Shown: positions 63,656 to 64,000 of the stretch, in pieces
Numbering within the stretch: the first letter of the stretch is position 1
Layout: every line of letters begins with the position of its first letter
Notes under the pieces: generated by a model
What the model was told of the DNA's origin: nothing
Database searches by the model: none
The model's input: the letters and a program-made list of their open reading frames with translations, nothing else
Position numbers and translations under genes: made by a program
Source: Chiloscyllium plagiosum
Taxonomy: Eukaryota
Direction of reading: 5' to 3'
Assembly: GCF_004010195.1 (NCBI RefSeq)
Contig: NW_025215381.1
Coordinates: forward strand, 182,662 to 246,661
DNA: 64,000 bases

Positions 63656-63963
63656 NNNNNNNNNNNNNNNNNNNNNNNNNNNNNNNNNNNNNNNNNNNNN
63701 NNNNNNNNNNNNNNNNNNNNNNNNNNNNNNNNNNNNNNNNNNNNNNNNNNNNNNNNNNNNNNNNNNNNNNNNNNNNNNNNNNNNNNNNNNNNNNNNNNNN
63801 NNNNNNNNNNNNNNNNNNNNNNNNNNNNNNNNNNNNNNNNNNNNNNNNNNNNNNNNNNNNNNNNNNNNNNNNNNNNNNNNNNNNNNNNNNNNNNNNNNNN
63901 NNNNNNNNNNNNNNNNNNNNNNNNNNNNNNNNNNNNNNNNNNNNNNNNNNNNNNNNNNNNNNN
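63656..63963. other. Assembly gap
   Basis: Run of N. Confidence 1.
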
Positions 63964-64000
63964 NCTTAGTAAATAATCTAAGTATAATTGGACCGATAGT

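Overview
Eukaryotic, repeat-rich genomic DNA, very likely from a shark or other cartilaginous fish. The evidence is HE1/V-SINE-type SINEs, their CR1/HER1-type partner LINEs and Penelope-like elements. There are four N gaps. The host genes form a small cluster of two-exon class-A orphan GPCRs of the GPR139/GPR142-like type. Gene A is on the minus strand (exons 26534-26468 and 16816-15930, ~317 aa). Gene B is on the plus strand (exons 39491-39557 and 40987-41864, ~314 aa). A frameshifted pseudogene C (minus, 60191-59366) sits in a duplicated copy of gene A's surroundings. The rest is mostly nested mobile DNA: many CR1 fragments, one near-full-length CR1, an L1/Tx1 element and two solo-LTR-like inserts. 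At least two Penelope-like families carry hammerhead-ribozyme cores, and several copies are short fold-back inserts with long target-site duplications. There is also an R2-like fragment with no 28S rDNA visible, a decayed retrovirus-like remnant (gag/pro/env traces, possibly lokiretrovirus-like), a tRNA-Gly(TCC) pseudogene and three minisatellites. Family assignments come from motifs recognised by eye. No database search was run.
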